In this document: positions 51,862 through 61,951 of the stretch, piece after piece
How positions within the stretch are numbered: the stretch's first letter is position 1
How the letters are laid out: every line of letters starts with the position of its first letter
Assembly (NCBI GenBank): GCA_965223325.1
Contig: CBDCWI010000002.1
Location: forward strand, 2,336,001 to 2,400,000
Direction: 5' to 3'
Length of the DNA: 64,000 nucleotides
From: Candidatus Multivoradales bacterium
GTDB taxonomy: Bacteria; Acidobacteriota; Thermoanaerobaculia; Multivoradales; Multivoraceae
Notes under the pieces: generated by a model
What the model saw: the letters and a program-made list of their open reading frames with translations, nothing else
What the model was told of the DNA's origin: nothing
Databases searched by the model: none
Position numbers and translations under genes: made by a program

Positions 51862-52419
51862 CTAATCCTCGGCAGACAGCAGCTCATCAAGACGCGCCCT
51901 CAGAGCAACCAGCTTGGCGTCGAAATGCGCGGAGTCCAAGAGTGAGAAGAAGCGAATCGCCCCGCTCCGGTCGATGATGAGGTTCGAGGCGATCGGCACC
52001 TGATTGCGCGGCAGATCAGCAAGCACATCAGTCGGCGCAAACTCTTCGGTGACCACGCCGTCCTGGTCGAGGAGAACCGGAAACTCGAACTTCATCTTCT
52101 TCGCCCAACCGGCGACCAGATCGGCGTTCTCCATGACGTCGATGATCAGGACCTGCACATCCTCATCGTCGTAGTTTTCGTGCAGTTGGTTGAGATGCGG
52201 AGCCTCCGCATTACAGAACGGTCACCAGGTGGTCGCAAAGTGCAGAACGATGTAGCGGCCGCGAAAGTCGGCCAGCGCCATCGTCTGGTCGCTGCCAACA
52301 ACGGGCATGCGCACCTCGGCGGCCGGCGCAAGGGTGTTTTCGAGAGTCTCCTCGGCGTGCACCGGCATGAAGGCCGCAGCCATCAAGAGGCCGGCAGCAA
52401 AGGTAGTGGGTCGTAACAT
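51862..52419 (-). CDS. TlpA/peroxiredoxin-like thioredoxin-fold selenoprotein (UxxC)
   Basis: In-frame TGA at 52222-52224 within LHFATTW-U-PFCNAEAPHL; frame continues to FPVLLDQDG...IIDRSGAIRF; signal peptide. Confidence 0.85.
52195..52211 (-). promoter_or_regulatory. Candidate bacterial SECIS hairpin
   Basis: atgcgga-ggc-tccgcat, 10 nt 3' of the UGA. Confidence 0.6.
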
Positions 52420-52504
52420 TTCGTCTCCTCCTTGTGGTTTCAGTGAGGTCCTACCCCACCCACGCAAAGGACAGCCGAATCCCGCCACCACGGCCGACGC
52501 CGCG

Positions 52505-55500
52505 TCATCGAGTGCCGCGGGAAGCGCCTCCCGTAGAACTCCATAGCGCCGTGCTACCAAACTCGAAATCGTCGGCAAACAAGGGAAAGCCACCGTGCAG
52601 ACCAGGCCCGGCACCGCCGTCGCCCGGCGCGGCCGGGGCAGGCTCACCAGGTGGTGGCCCCAGCAGGGTCGCAGGGTCGCCCAGCAGCACCTCGGTCTCG
52701 CGAACCGAGGCGATCACTCCGGCCGACTCCGCGCGCTCGAGACTCTCGAGGAGCACGTCGCCAACCCGGAGCGAAGTGTGGTCGAGGTCGCTCCACGCCT
52801 GGACCACCAGGCGCTGATACCGCGCCCCGTCGACATGCCAGCTCGGAGCGGTGCTACCCAGAACGGCCACTGCACCGCCGCCCTTCTCGGTCAGCAACGC
52901 CTCGCCAAGCGAGCGATAGAAGGGCAGCTCACTGCGCGCCAGGAGGCAGCTCTGCGCACTGAGCAGGAAGGGGTGCTCGGCGAGGGCCGCTGTCAGTGCC
53001 TCGTCGGGCAGAGCCAGCTCCTCGACAGTCAACAGGTTCTGCCAACTCAGCATGCCCACACCGCTGTGGCCGACGAAGTGAACCCAGTCGACGCCACCCT
53101 CGAGCGCCGCGAGAAAACTGGACCGCGCCGAAGAGAAGTCGGTCTCGCCGAGGTCGAGGAAGTTGAAGGCCTGGGGCCCGAACGGCATCAACGTCGAGGC
53201 TGCCTGGGCGGCGAAGCCCTCGGCATCGCGATCGCGATCGACCAGCATCAGGGCAGGCGGGCGATACGACGCGCGCTGGGCGAGACCGCGGGCCTCGAAG
53301 GCTTCGATCTTGTCGATGACCCGGGCGAGCTCGGCGGCGTCATCCACTGGAATACGCCCCACAGCGGTCGCGGCAGTCGTGGCAAGCGTCGCGGAAGCGT
53401 AGAGCCGGTCGTTGGAATAGAGCCCGTGCTCCGTCGCCACCAGAGGCGCCGGAAGCGAAATCCAGCCTTGCCCCGAGGCATTGCGCTGATCGAAGGAACC
53501 TTGACCCACCAACACCAGGTAGCGCGGGGAGCGCGCGCTCAACCAGTTGCGCAAGAGCTCGATATCGAACTCACCGTTGCCGAGGTTGCGCAGCACATCG
53601 ACCGCGAGGACCACATCGGTTGTAAGGCCCTGGCTTTCGCGAAGTAGAGCGAGCCGCAGGGCGCCGTCGAGAAGCTCGGCATCGGAAACCAGCGCCAGCC
53701 AATCGACCGGCCCCTCGAGCACCGTCGTCGCGGCAACCGCTTCGAGCTCGGGCTCGGCAAGGTGCTGAGGGCGTGCCACCCACAGAGACGTGGCACCGAT
53801 CCCGGCCGGCAGCGTCGCCTCGAGGGCACCCGAGGAACCCATCGCGAGGGTGGTCTGTAGGGGACGAGGAGCGAGAGCATTCGTGGTAGCGACAACCAGC
53901 AGATCCGGAGCATCGGAGAGCACTGCGATCGGCTCGTCGTTTTCATTGTCGATCGCCAGTTGCGAGTCGAACAAACGATGGCCCCGCATATAGCGCACCT
54001 CGACCGCGTCGAGGAAGAGCACGCTCTCACTCCGACTGGTGAGCTCGAAGATGAAGTCGACCTCGAGCTCGGAGCTCTCGGGCTGCCACGGGAAAGCCAG
54101 CGTGGCAGGACCACTGCCGCTCCATGAAAGCACCGCGGGCTCGGAAGCTCCGCCCGACCTCCGCACCTCGAGGGTGTGGTCGCCGGCAGCAACGCTGTGA
54201 ACGAAGAGCTTCAACTCGGCGGCCTGCGCGCGAGGTGCCTCGAGCGACAGTGAGACATCGACCGCTTCATCGGTCGGCAAGAGCTGCTGGAACCAGAATT
54301 CCTGTTCGCTATCCCGGACGGCAGCGGTGGCTGCAATGTTGTCTTCTTCGAAACGCTGTACAACCAGCGACTGGGCACGTCCCGGAACCGCGGCCGGACC
54401 TGGTGAGACGCCAGAGGCCTTGTTACCGAAGCCGTAGCGGAGACGGTAGGCGCGCCGCGTCCCCGGTCGTGGAAAAAGATCGTCGGGGGCGAAGAAGACC
54501 AGGCCTCCACCTGGCGCTTCGAACCAGCCGACCTCCTGGTCGTTGCGAGTGAGCGAGAACTGGCCAGCAGAGATGACGTTGTTGATGATTTCGCTGTCGG
54601 CATCGAACGCCACCGCAAGGGCCGCGCTCGAAAGGCGCTGCAAACCCGGCTCGGTAACCAAAACCTCGACAAAAGCCGCTTCGCTAGCCCTCACCGGAAG
54701 GGTCGTTGCGGCTTCGCGCGAGCTGCCATGGGCAGGCCGGTTCGGCGAACGGAGCGCCGCCTTCGGCTGGCCTGAAGCCAGGGTCGGCGACCGCTCCGCG
54801 CGATCGCCCTCGGTGAATGCCTCGACAATGCCGAGCTCGGTGCGCTTGCCAGAATAGTCCTCTTCGACGATGCGGTAGCGATCGCTGACGTGACCAGCCG
54901 GGTCGAGAAGCTGGTAGTGCGCTCCCCCGGCCGCACCAGGAAGGGCCGACAGGGGCTGCGCAACCGCCTCGTAACCGTCGCCCACGAGGCGTTCCAGATG
55001 GAAACGACGACTGCCAACCTCCGCGTCGGTGCTGAACGTGATCTCGACGCCCTCGGGCACGCGCACCGCCTGCGCCTCGCGCACCAGGGCCAGAGTCGTA
55101 ACGGCCGGGGTAATGGTGAGACCGCAGAGACTGTGAGTAGTGAAGGTGGCGTTGGCAAGCTGCGTCCCCGCGCATGTCGCGCCGGCGCAGGTCTCATCGA
55201 CCCACTGCGCAAAGGTCCCATTGGTGGTGCGGGGACCTCCCCCAGTGAGGAGCACGGGATTGGTGGCATGAGATGGAACGGCCATCACGTAGTAGGAGGC
55301 CCAGGCTGAAGTTCCAGCAGCCACCGTTCCCGGGTTCCACACCACACTCCCCGAGCCGCCGGAGGCTGGCTGAGTCGTGAAACTGCCCTGGGAAGTCGGG
55401 CCGGCGAAGAGATAGGTCACCGCACCGCCCGGTACGTAGGCCGTGACAACGTCGTTGGGAAGAGAGAACGCGATCGGATGCGGAGTAGGGTTGGTGACCT

Positions 55501-56566
55501 CGAGGGTGATCGCCACCACCGAACCTTGACTCTGTACCGGCGGGTTGACCCCGGAATCGAAGCGTGCCCGCTGCTCGACGTAGGGCTTCGAGGGCTTGCC
55601 GCCGCCGTCGCGCTCCAAGTACGAACGAATCCGGTATGCAGGCCCGAGGAACCCATTGACATGGCCGTCGACGGTCATGACCACATCCTGATCCCCAGTC
55701 ACCAGGGTCGCCCAGTTGTTGTCTCCGCCACCATCGGTCTCGGGCGGCGCCGGTAGGTTGGCGGCCATGGTGAAGAGACCGTAGCCCACCGCATCCTGGT
55801 TGGTGAAGTTCGAGGTACTGAACGGTAGCCACGGTTGTAGGACCCCGACGCTGTTCGTACCGATCCCGGCGACATAGTTCCAGGCACCATCCCGGCTGGT
55901 GTAGGTCACGGTGCCGCCTAGCCCGTCCCACACCGAGAAGCTGGCATAGCAGCCGCTGGTCACATAGGGATAGACGGTGAGGTTCTGGTGTTGGTTGATC
56001 GACTCGCCCGATCCGAACCAGTTGCGGGCGTACATGTTGAGCTCGGTACCGCCGGCGCCAGGATTCCCGTCGTGAGCCCGCAGACCGTAGCTGTGCATGA
56101 AATTGTCCGTAATGGCAGTTGCCGAGGTGTCGACCTCGACCCGCCAGTGACCATGCATCGGGGTGAGAACCGAGTAGAGGTTGATCCAGGCGTTGTCACA
56201 CGCGCCGCACAGAAGGCCATCGTTGGTGTTGAGCACCAGGTTACCCATCGGGTTGTAAACCCGATAGTCGACCCGAGCCGCTCCCCCGGTCACGTAGTCC
56301 CAGGTCGCTCCCGCCGGATCGGCGTCGAAGACATCAATGTCGAGACGAGCCGTGGCGGGCGGCACCTCGACCCAGAAGTCGAAGTTCTTGCCGTAGTAGG
56401 AAACCCGGTCGCCCTGCGTGGCGAAGAAGCCCCTTCCGGTCTGCATGAAGTGCTGGGCAAAAACGGCCCCGCCACCGTTGAGACCGCCGGCAAGGGCCGG
56501 TGCACCCAACAGGGTGGTCCCCAGGGCGAAGAGAGCGATGACCTTCCTGGTGTGGCTTTCCCACAT
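52505..56566 (-). CDS. Secreted C25 (gingipain-family) cysteine peptidase domain protein
   Basis: Signal peptide; YLVLVG, AVGRIPV, FVGHSG (His), AQSC (Cys), GGAVA, LLGDP; C-terminal LFADDFEFG...W. Confidence 0.8.
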   Translation of the reverse strand: MWESHTRKVIALFALGTTLLGAPALAGGLNGGGAVFAQHFMQTGRGFFATQGDRVSYYGKNFDFWVEVPPATARLDIDVFDADPAGATWDYVTGGAARVDYRVYNPMGNLVLNTNDGLLCGACDNAWINLYSVLTPMHGHWRVEVDTSATAITDNFMHSYGLRAHDGNPGAGGTELNMYARNWFGSGESINQHQNLTVYPYVTSGCYASFSVWDGLGGTVTYTSRDGAWNYVAGIGTNSVGVLQPWLPFSTSNFTNQDAVGYGLFTMAANLPAPPETDGGGDNNWATLVTGDQDVVMTVDGHVNGFLGPAYRIRSYLERDGGGKPSKPYVEQRARFDSGVNPPVQSQGSVVAITLEVTNPTPHPIAFSLPNDVVTAYVPGGAVTYLFAGPTSQGSFTTQPASGGSGSVVWNPGTVAAGTSAWASYYVMAVPSHATNPVLLTGGGPRTTNGTFAQWVDETCAGATCAGTQLANATFTTHSLCGLTITPAVTTLALVREAQAVRVPEGVEITFSTDAEVGSRRFHLERLVGDGYEAVAQPLSALPGAAGGAHYQLLDPAGHVSDRYRIVEEDYSGKRTELGIVEAFTEGDRAERSPTLASGQPKAALRSPNRPAHGSSREAATTLPVRASEAAFVEVLVTEPGLQRLSSAALAVAFDADSEIINNVISAGQFSLTRNDQEVGWFEAPGGGLVFFAPDDLFPRPGTRRAYRLRYGFGNKASGVSPGPAAVPGRAQSLVVQRFEEDNIAATAAVRDSEQEFWFQQLLPTDEAVDVSLSLEAPRAQAAELKLFVHSVAAGDHTLEVRRSGGASEPAVLSWSGSGPATLAFPWQPESSELEVDFIFELTSRSESVLFLDAVEVRYMRGHRLFDSQLAIDNENDEPIAVLSDAPDLLVVATTNALAPRPLQTTLAMGSSGALEATLPAGIGATSLWVARPQHLAEPELEAVAATTVLEGPVDWLALVSDAELLDGALRLALLRESQGLTTDVVLAVDVLRNLGNGEFDIELLRNWLSARSPRYLVLVGQGSFDQRNASGQGWISLPAPLVATEHGLYSNDRLYASATLATTAATAVGRIPVDDAAELARVIDKIEAFEARGLAQRASYRPPALMLVDRDRDAEGFAAQAASTLMPFGPQAFNFLDLGETDFSSARSSFLAALEGGVDWVHFVGHSGVGMLSWQNLLTVEELALPDEALTAALAEHPFLLSAQSCLLARSELPFYRSLGEALLTEKGGGAVAVLGSTAPSWHVDGARYQRLVVQAWSDLDHTSLRVGDVLLESLERAESAGVIASVRETEVLLGDPATLLGPPPGEPAPAAPGDGGAGPGLHGGFPLFADDFEFGSTALWSSTGGASRGTR

Positions 56567-56658
56567 ATCATAAGAATAACAGAAATATGTCTATTTTTCG
56601 ATATCAGTTAGCCGCAGCTGTGACGAACCCTGACTACAACGGTGCGCGTGAGCGACCC

Positions 56659-59399
56659 TCAGGGCTCGGGCGGAATCTCCAGGTCGACCACCCACAGGTT
56701 CGCCTCCCAGCCCAGTTGCGAATAGTAGAGGTGCGACCGCGAGGCTGGAGTCGAGAGCGCCGGGAAACTCCAGAAGGATTGGTTCCCGAACGCCTGCGGT
56801 CCCATGAGTGCGCCACTCTCGAGGTCGACCCGCCAGAGCTTTCCACGCCCCTGCCAGAGAAGTTCGCCAGGGTTGGCCGCGGGAGCCGTCTGGCCGTGAA
56901 AAAGGTCGGGCGGCAGGCCATCGATCACTGTCAGTCCCCGGCCGATCTCATACACCGCCCGCTGTGCGCCCGGGAGACAGTGCCCAAACAGGCGCCCGTC
57001 GAGCAGCCAGGTATCACTAAAGAAGTTGCCGTCCTCGCAGGGGATCACATCAACTTCGAGCTCGACCTTCGACCAGGGGCTGGGTTCGGATGTCGGGGTG
57101 CGGCCGTAGATCCAAGTTTGAACCGGGGTGCCGGCCTCGGCGACCACCAGGTGCTTCCCGTCTGGTGCCCAGCGAGACCGTTGCGGCGCGCCTCGTATCC
57201 CTTCGGGGCGATGCAGGTCGGTGCCATCACGACGAATCAGCCAGGGAGCGTAGTCACCCGTGCGATTGGATTGAAAAAGGATCCACTCCGAATCCGGTGT
57301 TCAACGCGGATAACGCTTCGCTGAATCGTCGTCGACGAGGCGCGTCACGACGCGGCTTAGGACGGCCTGGACGAGGACCGACTGCGGCGGAAAGAAATCT
57401 CGAAAGCTCACGTAGCGGCCATCTGGTGAAACGTCTGGGTCGACGAACTGGTGATCGCCTTCGGTCAGCGCCTCGGGCGTCGAGGGCCAACCATCGCTAC
57501 CGATCTCCATACGACCGATGTTGCCGGTCAGGCGATCGCTGGTGTAGAGCAGCCGCGATGCCGCTCGGGCGAAGACCGGTGACGTCGCCCTCTCTGCTGG
57601 AACTGGAAGCGGCCGCGGCTCTGAGGCGGCGCGGCCGGCCTCGTCGAGCTCGAGCGTCATGAGGGTCATCACCCCGGTGCGATCACTCGGGAAAACCAGG
57701 CGGGTTTCCCCGAGCCAGTCGGGGGCTCCTTCGATCGCAGGATCGTCGGTAACCAACCATCCCTCTCCCGAGCTGGGATCGAAGATCGCGATGTCGCGAA
57801 TGCCACCACGCTGGACCCAACCGGCGAGAAAACGCCCATGAGGTGACCACGACGGGTCGGCGACGTCGAAGGCCTCGTTGAGAAGGGTGACCTCACCCGT
57901 TTCGAGGTCGAGAAGATGTAGGTAGCCCGGGCCATAGCGAACTTCGGGCAAATGCGTCGCGGTTGTCGAAAACGCAATGGTGCGCCCATCTGGTGACCAG
58001 TCCGGGCCGTAACCGTAGTCGAGCAGCTTGCGCCGCGACTCGCCGGTGGTTCCGACGCGGTAGAGGCCGCCCGGTTGACTGAGTGCCCGGGCTCCCTCGC
58101 TGAAGACGATTTCCCGGCCATCAGGTGAGAAGTCGGGCCCGGTGAACAAGCCGTCGAGACCCGCAGTGAGCTCGATGCGACGCGTTCCCCCGATACGTTG
58201 CAGAAACAGTCCCTGGCGAAAGCCAGCCACTCCGTCTGGCCCGGCGTAGACGGCAAAGGCGGCGAACTCTCCATCGGGTGAGATGGCAGGCAGGTACTCG
58301 AGCCCGGCGGTCGCAGTGACCCGATGGCTGCGCACGACACGCCGAGTTGTAGCGGCATCGCTTGCCGTCACTCCGGGCGCAGTCCCCGGCGCACGACTGC
58401 CTAGCCAGAACGCCAGCGGAACGAGCGGGGCGAGAAGTGCCATCGCAGCCAGCGCGCCCCGAGGCAAGCCCGAAGGCCTCCTCGGTGCCTCGTCGACCGA
58501 CACGCCAGCTTTCACTTCATCGGCAACCTCAAGCAGGTCGAGGCGAAGATCACCGACATGCTGGTAGCGCTCCGCCGGGTCCTGCCGCAGACAGCGCCGC
58601 AAGATCTTGACCAGCCCCACAGGGGCACCGGCGAGTTCCTCCCATGGCGGCTCGCTGCGCAGAATGTCGGCCAGGATCTCGGTGACCGAGGCGCCGCTGA
58701 AGAGGCGTTTCCCCGTGACCATCTCCCAGAGCACACAGCCCAGTCACCAGAGATCGCTCCGCTCGTCGATCGGAGCACTCGTCGCCTGCTCAGGGCTCAT
58801 GTAGGGCGCCGTGCCGAGCACTACGCCAGCCGCAGTCTCCTGCGTCAGGGTGGGCGAATGCGTCGCGCCCTCGCCACCCGATCGGAACCTCCGCCTGGAA
58901 CTGCCTTGGCGAGACCGAAGTCGACGATCTCGAGATGTCCGGCGCTGCCGTAGCCCTCAGGCACAACAATGAGATTGGCCGGTTTGAGATCGCGATGAAT
59001 CACCCCGGCTCGATGTGCCGCCTCGAGCCCGGCTGCCGCCTGTGTGGCCAGCTCGAAAGCTGCCGAAACGGGCAGCGGACCAGTACGGAGCTTCTCTGCC
59101 AGGGTCTCCCCGGCCACCAACTCCATCACCAGGAAAGCAGGAGCACCGTCATCCCCGGGACGGTGGAACTCGAGAACGCGCGCGACATGGTCGTGTTTGA
59201 GCGATGCCAGAAGCGTCGCTTCGCGCTCGAAGCGCAGCAACCGCTCCGGCTTGGCGGCTACATCGTCAGGCAGAACCTTGACCGCGACCTCGCGCTCCAG
59301 AAGCCGATGTCGCGCCCGGTGGACCTCTCCCATACCGCCCGCACCGAGCGGCGCGAGAATCTCGTACTGGCCGATGGTGCTTCCGGCAGTGAGCCCCAC
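56659..59399 (-). pseudogene. Ser/Thr kinase plus TolB-like beta-propeller, disrupted
   Basis: GAGGMGEV, HRDLKPAN, DFGLAK; frameshift near 58880; in-frame TGA at 58744-58746 (SDLW*LG) and 57301-57303 (RYPR*TPD); SPDG repeats. Confidence 0.85.
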
Positions 59400-59481
59400 A
59401 GAGTCGCCCCCAACAACTTCCTAGATTTGCGACTCGAAGGCTAGCACCGGGGTCATACCGCGCTACGCAGGGCACTTCAAT

Positions 59482-60522
59482 TCAGGGCACTTCGTTCGAC
59501 CACGCCCCACTGTCGCCCAGCTCCCAGCCATCCCCCCAGATGACGCGCGAGCGCGCGGAGTCAGGATCGATGGAGACTCCATCCATGGCGACGACCTCGA
59601 GGTCGGAGCCTGTCACTTGCCCGAGTTCCTGCAGGTTGTCGTTGTCCCAGCGCTCATCGGGAACACCGGAGATGAACCAGCGCGAGCCGTTGTCGGCCAG
59701 CACCATGCCGTACTTCTTGAGCGCCCGCAGGAGCACCTGGTTCGCGGCTGAGTAAGACGAAATGTCGAAGTCAGAGCGCAGCCGCACGCGAATTCCCATC
59801 GGCGGATAGTCAGGGTCGGTGATCGGCGACGCGAAGTGGCGGGCCGGCCAGACGTAGGCCCTTTGCGTCTCGGGAACGGTAAAACGCAATGCGTGCCGCA
59901 CCGCTCCCGCGGCTACCTCTTCGTAGCGCGCCAGACCCGGCAGGATCGGCAGCCCCGCCGCGTCGGCCGAGGTCCAGCCGTCGGGCCGCAGCGCGTTCGA
60001 GCTCAGGTCGTAGATGGCGCCCGAACCAGCCGTCCAGGAAGCGCCGCCATTCTGAGGAAACGAGTAGAACGTCTCGTAGAGAACGCAATTGTCGCGATCA
60101 ACCACCAGAACGTGTCGGTCACCGTCCGCATTTGCGCCCCCTTCGATCGGCGCGTCGGGTGGAATCGGGTACGGCCCCGCGTCGCTTTCGTCGGCGTAGT
60201 CGAAGCTGACCGGAACACGCGTCTGGTTGCCCGGTACGTCGACCCAGGGAATCCCAATCGGCCCACCTGACTCAGGCGGCCAGATGCCCGAACCAAAGTC
60301 CGCCTTGAGCCCCGCGGTGGCACCGATGGTGCTGATCCAGGTCGTCGAGCTCGGGTGGACCGGCAGGTGGTCGACCGGAACGTTCCACACATTGTCGGCC
60401 GGCAGCACCTCGCAGCCGGCCAGCGTAGGCGTCTGCGCCGCGCTCGGGCCGGCGAGAAAGAGAAGACCCACCAGGGAGACGACGTAGAGAGCCGGAACAG
60501 AGAAACGGCAACTAATCTGCAT
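59482..60522 (-). CDS. Secreted conserved hypothetical protein
   Basis: Signal peptide; WN..VD.LPV, GDRHVLVVD, SADAAGLPILPGL, ADNGS; C-terminal IWGDGWELGDSGAWS. Confidence 0.8.
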   Translation of the reverse strand: MQISCRFSVPALYVVSLVGLLFLAGPSAAQTPTLAGCEVLPADNVWNVPVDHLPVHPSSTTWISTIGATAGLKADFGSGIWPPESGGPIGIPWVDVPGNQTRVPVSFDYADESDAGPYPIPPDAPIEGGANADGDRHVLVVDRDNCVLYETFYSFPQNGGASWTAGSGAIYDLSSNALRPDGWTSADAAGLPILPGLARYEEVAAGAVRHALRFTVPETQRAYVWPARHFASPITDPDYPPMGIRVRLRSDFDISSYSAANQVLLRALKKYGMVLADNGSRWFISGVPDERWDNDNLQELGQVTGSDLEVVAMDGVSIDPDSARSRVIWGDGWELGDSGAWSNEVP

Positions 60523-60623
60523 ATTCGAATTTTATCGAACGAGCGCCACTCTTGCTGATGTCGTACGGACCCACTCTCGGCGAGCTCTCGGCAGACGTGA
60601 GTGGCAGCGCTGGCCTCTAAACC

Positions 60624-61883
60624 CTACCTTGCTCCGCGACCCGGTTCCCCCGTGACTGGCGCCTGCCCAGCAATCACCCGACGCTTCATGGCCGCTCGAA
60701 CGAATCCGCTGGTCAGGCGACGAAACCAGCTCGACCTCTGGGTGTTCGCGGCGCCGTGAAAGGCCTCGACGCCGAGACCTGGCCGAATGTCCTCGGTGAG
60801 CTGCAAGACGACATCGTCGAGGGGAATTCCGGTGGCGTCGGCAATCCGAACCATGCGCTGGAAGTTGCCAACGACACACACCGCGTCGACCATGGCTTCG
60901 ACCCCAAGGTCCTCGACGACGCGCTGCCGCGCCTTCTCGATTCGGCATCGCTCGGCTCCGACCACTGCCTCGGCGAGCTCAATAAGCGCCTCTCCATGTG
61001 CGACGCCGCTTCCGACTTCGTTGCCTCTGGAAACGGCCGTCACATCAACTGCAGTGTCGCCGCCTTGCGGAACCGGAGTGCCTTCCGAGCCGGGGGTGAA
61101 GGTGCTCGCACGGAGCATCATGGCGTGTGAAGTCGTTCAGTAGAAGCACTCGTTGAGAGCCGATACCCTGCCCGCAATCAGTTCGATCTGGCTGCGATCA
61201 ATCGCGCGATACTTTCCGGCAAAGTCCATCATCTGAACCGGCGTCAGGTAGTGCGCCGCGCTCAGATCGAGCAACGCCCGCACCTCGTCGGGAACCAGGC
61301 TCAAGGCTCGAAGCACATTGCCGGTACGCCGCCCGCCGTACAGGTCGCGGTTCTCCTCGTCCAGGTTCTCGGGCCGAATCATCGGGACCCAGGCTTGCTC
61401 CATCTTCGCCCCTGGCGGCGGCACGCGACGCGGCTCGCCAGCTTGTGGCACTGGCAAAGGCTCGAGCTCGGCCCCGAGGCCGATGTGGACGAAATCAATC
61501 GAGATCGTCTGCGTGGCGACTCCGATGAGCTCGACGTACTGCTCCACCGAGAAGTCGCTGCTCGAAGTCAGCTCCTCGACCCACTCTCGCGACAGGCGTG
61601 CCGTATCCGTCGTGATGCGATGGACTGCTTCGACCGCCTCTTCAGGCAGCACGCCCGTCGTCTGGTGGGTACCTTCGACACCGAAGGGCGACAGCGCCCC
61701 CTTCCGGCGTTGGCAGAACTCACAACCGCGCGCCAATCTCGTCTCGGCCGCAATCGCAACCCTCTCGGCGCCAGTCCACCAGCCGCCAGGCCGCGCGATC
61801 CGCTCAAAGGCGCGCCGATGCCCCTCAACCAGGTCGTCACGCAAACCATGCGTCAGAGTCGCGTACCGAAAGGCAGGCGTCAT
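60624..61883 (-). CDS. Alkylhydroperoxidase (AhpD-like) selenoprotein, CxxU
   Basis: ORF 61137-61883 ends SALNECFY-TGA and the frame continues TTSHA into ORF 60624-61121, giving CFY-U-TTSH (AhpD CxxC..H equivalent). Confidence 0.82.
61103..61117 (-). promoter_or_regulatory. Candidate bacterial SECIS hairpin
   Basis: tgctc-cgtgc-gagca, 19 nt 3' of the UGA. Confidence 0.45.
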
Positions 61884-61951
61884 CCGCGCACCCTACTACG
61901 AGCACAACCACGATCTCTTCTCATCGAGCCACCACCACTCGGCCCGATCCT

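Noticed and set aside
57301-58746. In-frame TGAs in the kinase gene as Sec or an alternative genetic code
   Set aside because: They are not at Cys positions, a frameshift also disrupts the gene, and TGA is a normal stop elsewhere in the window.
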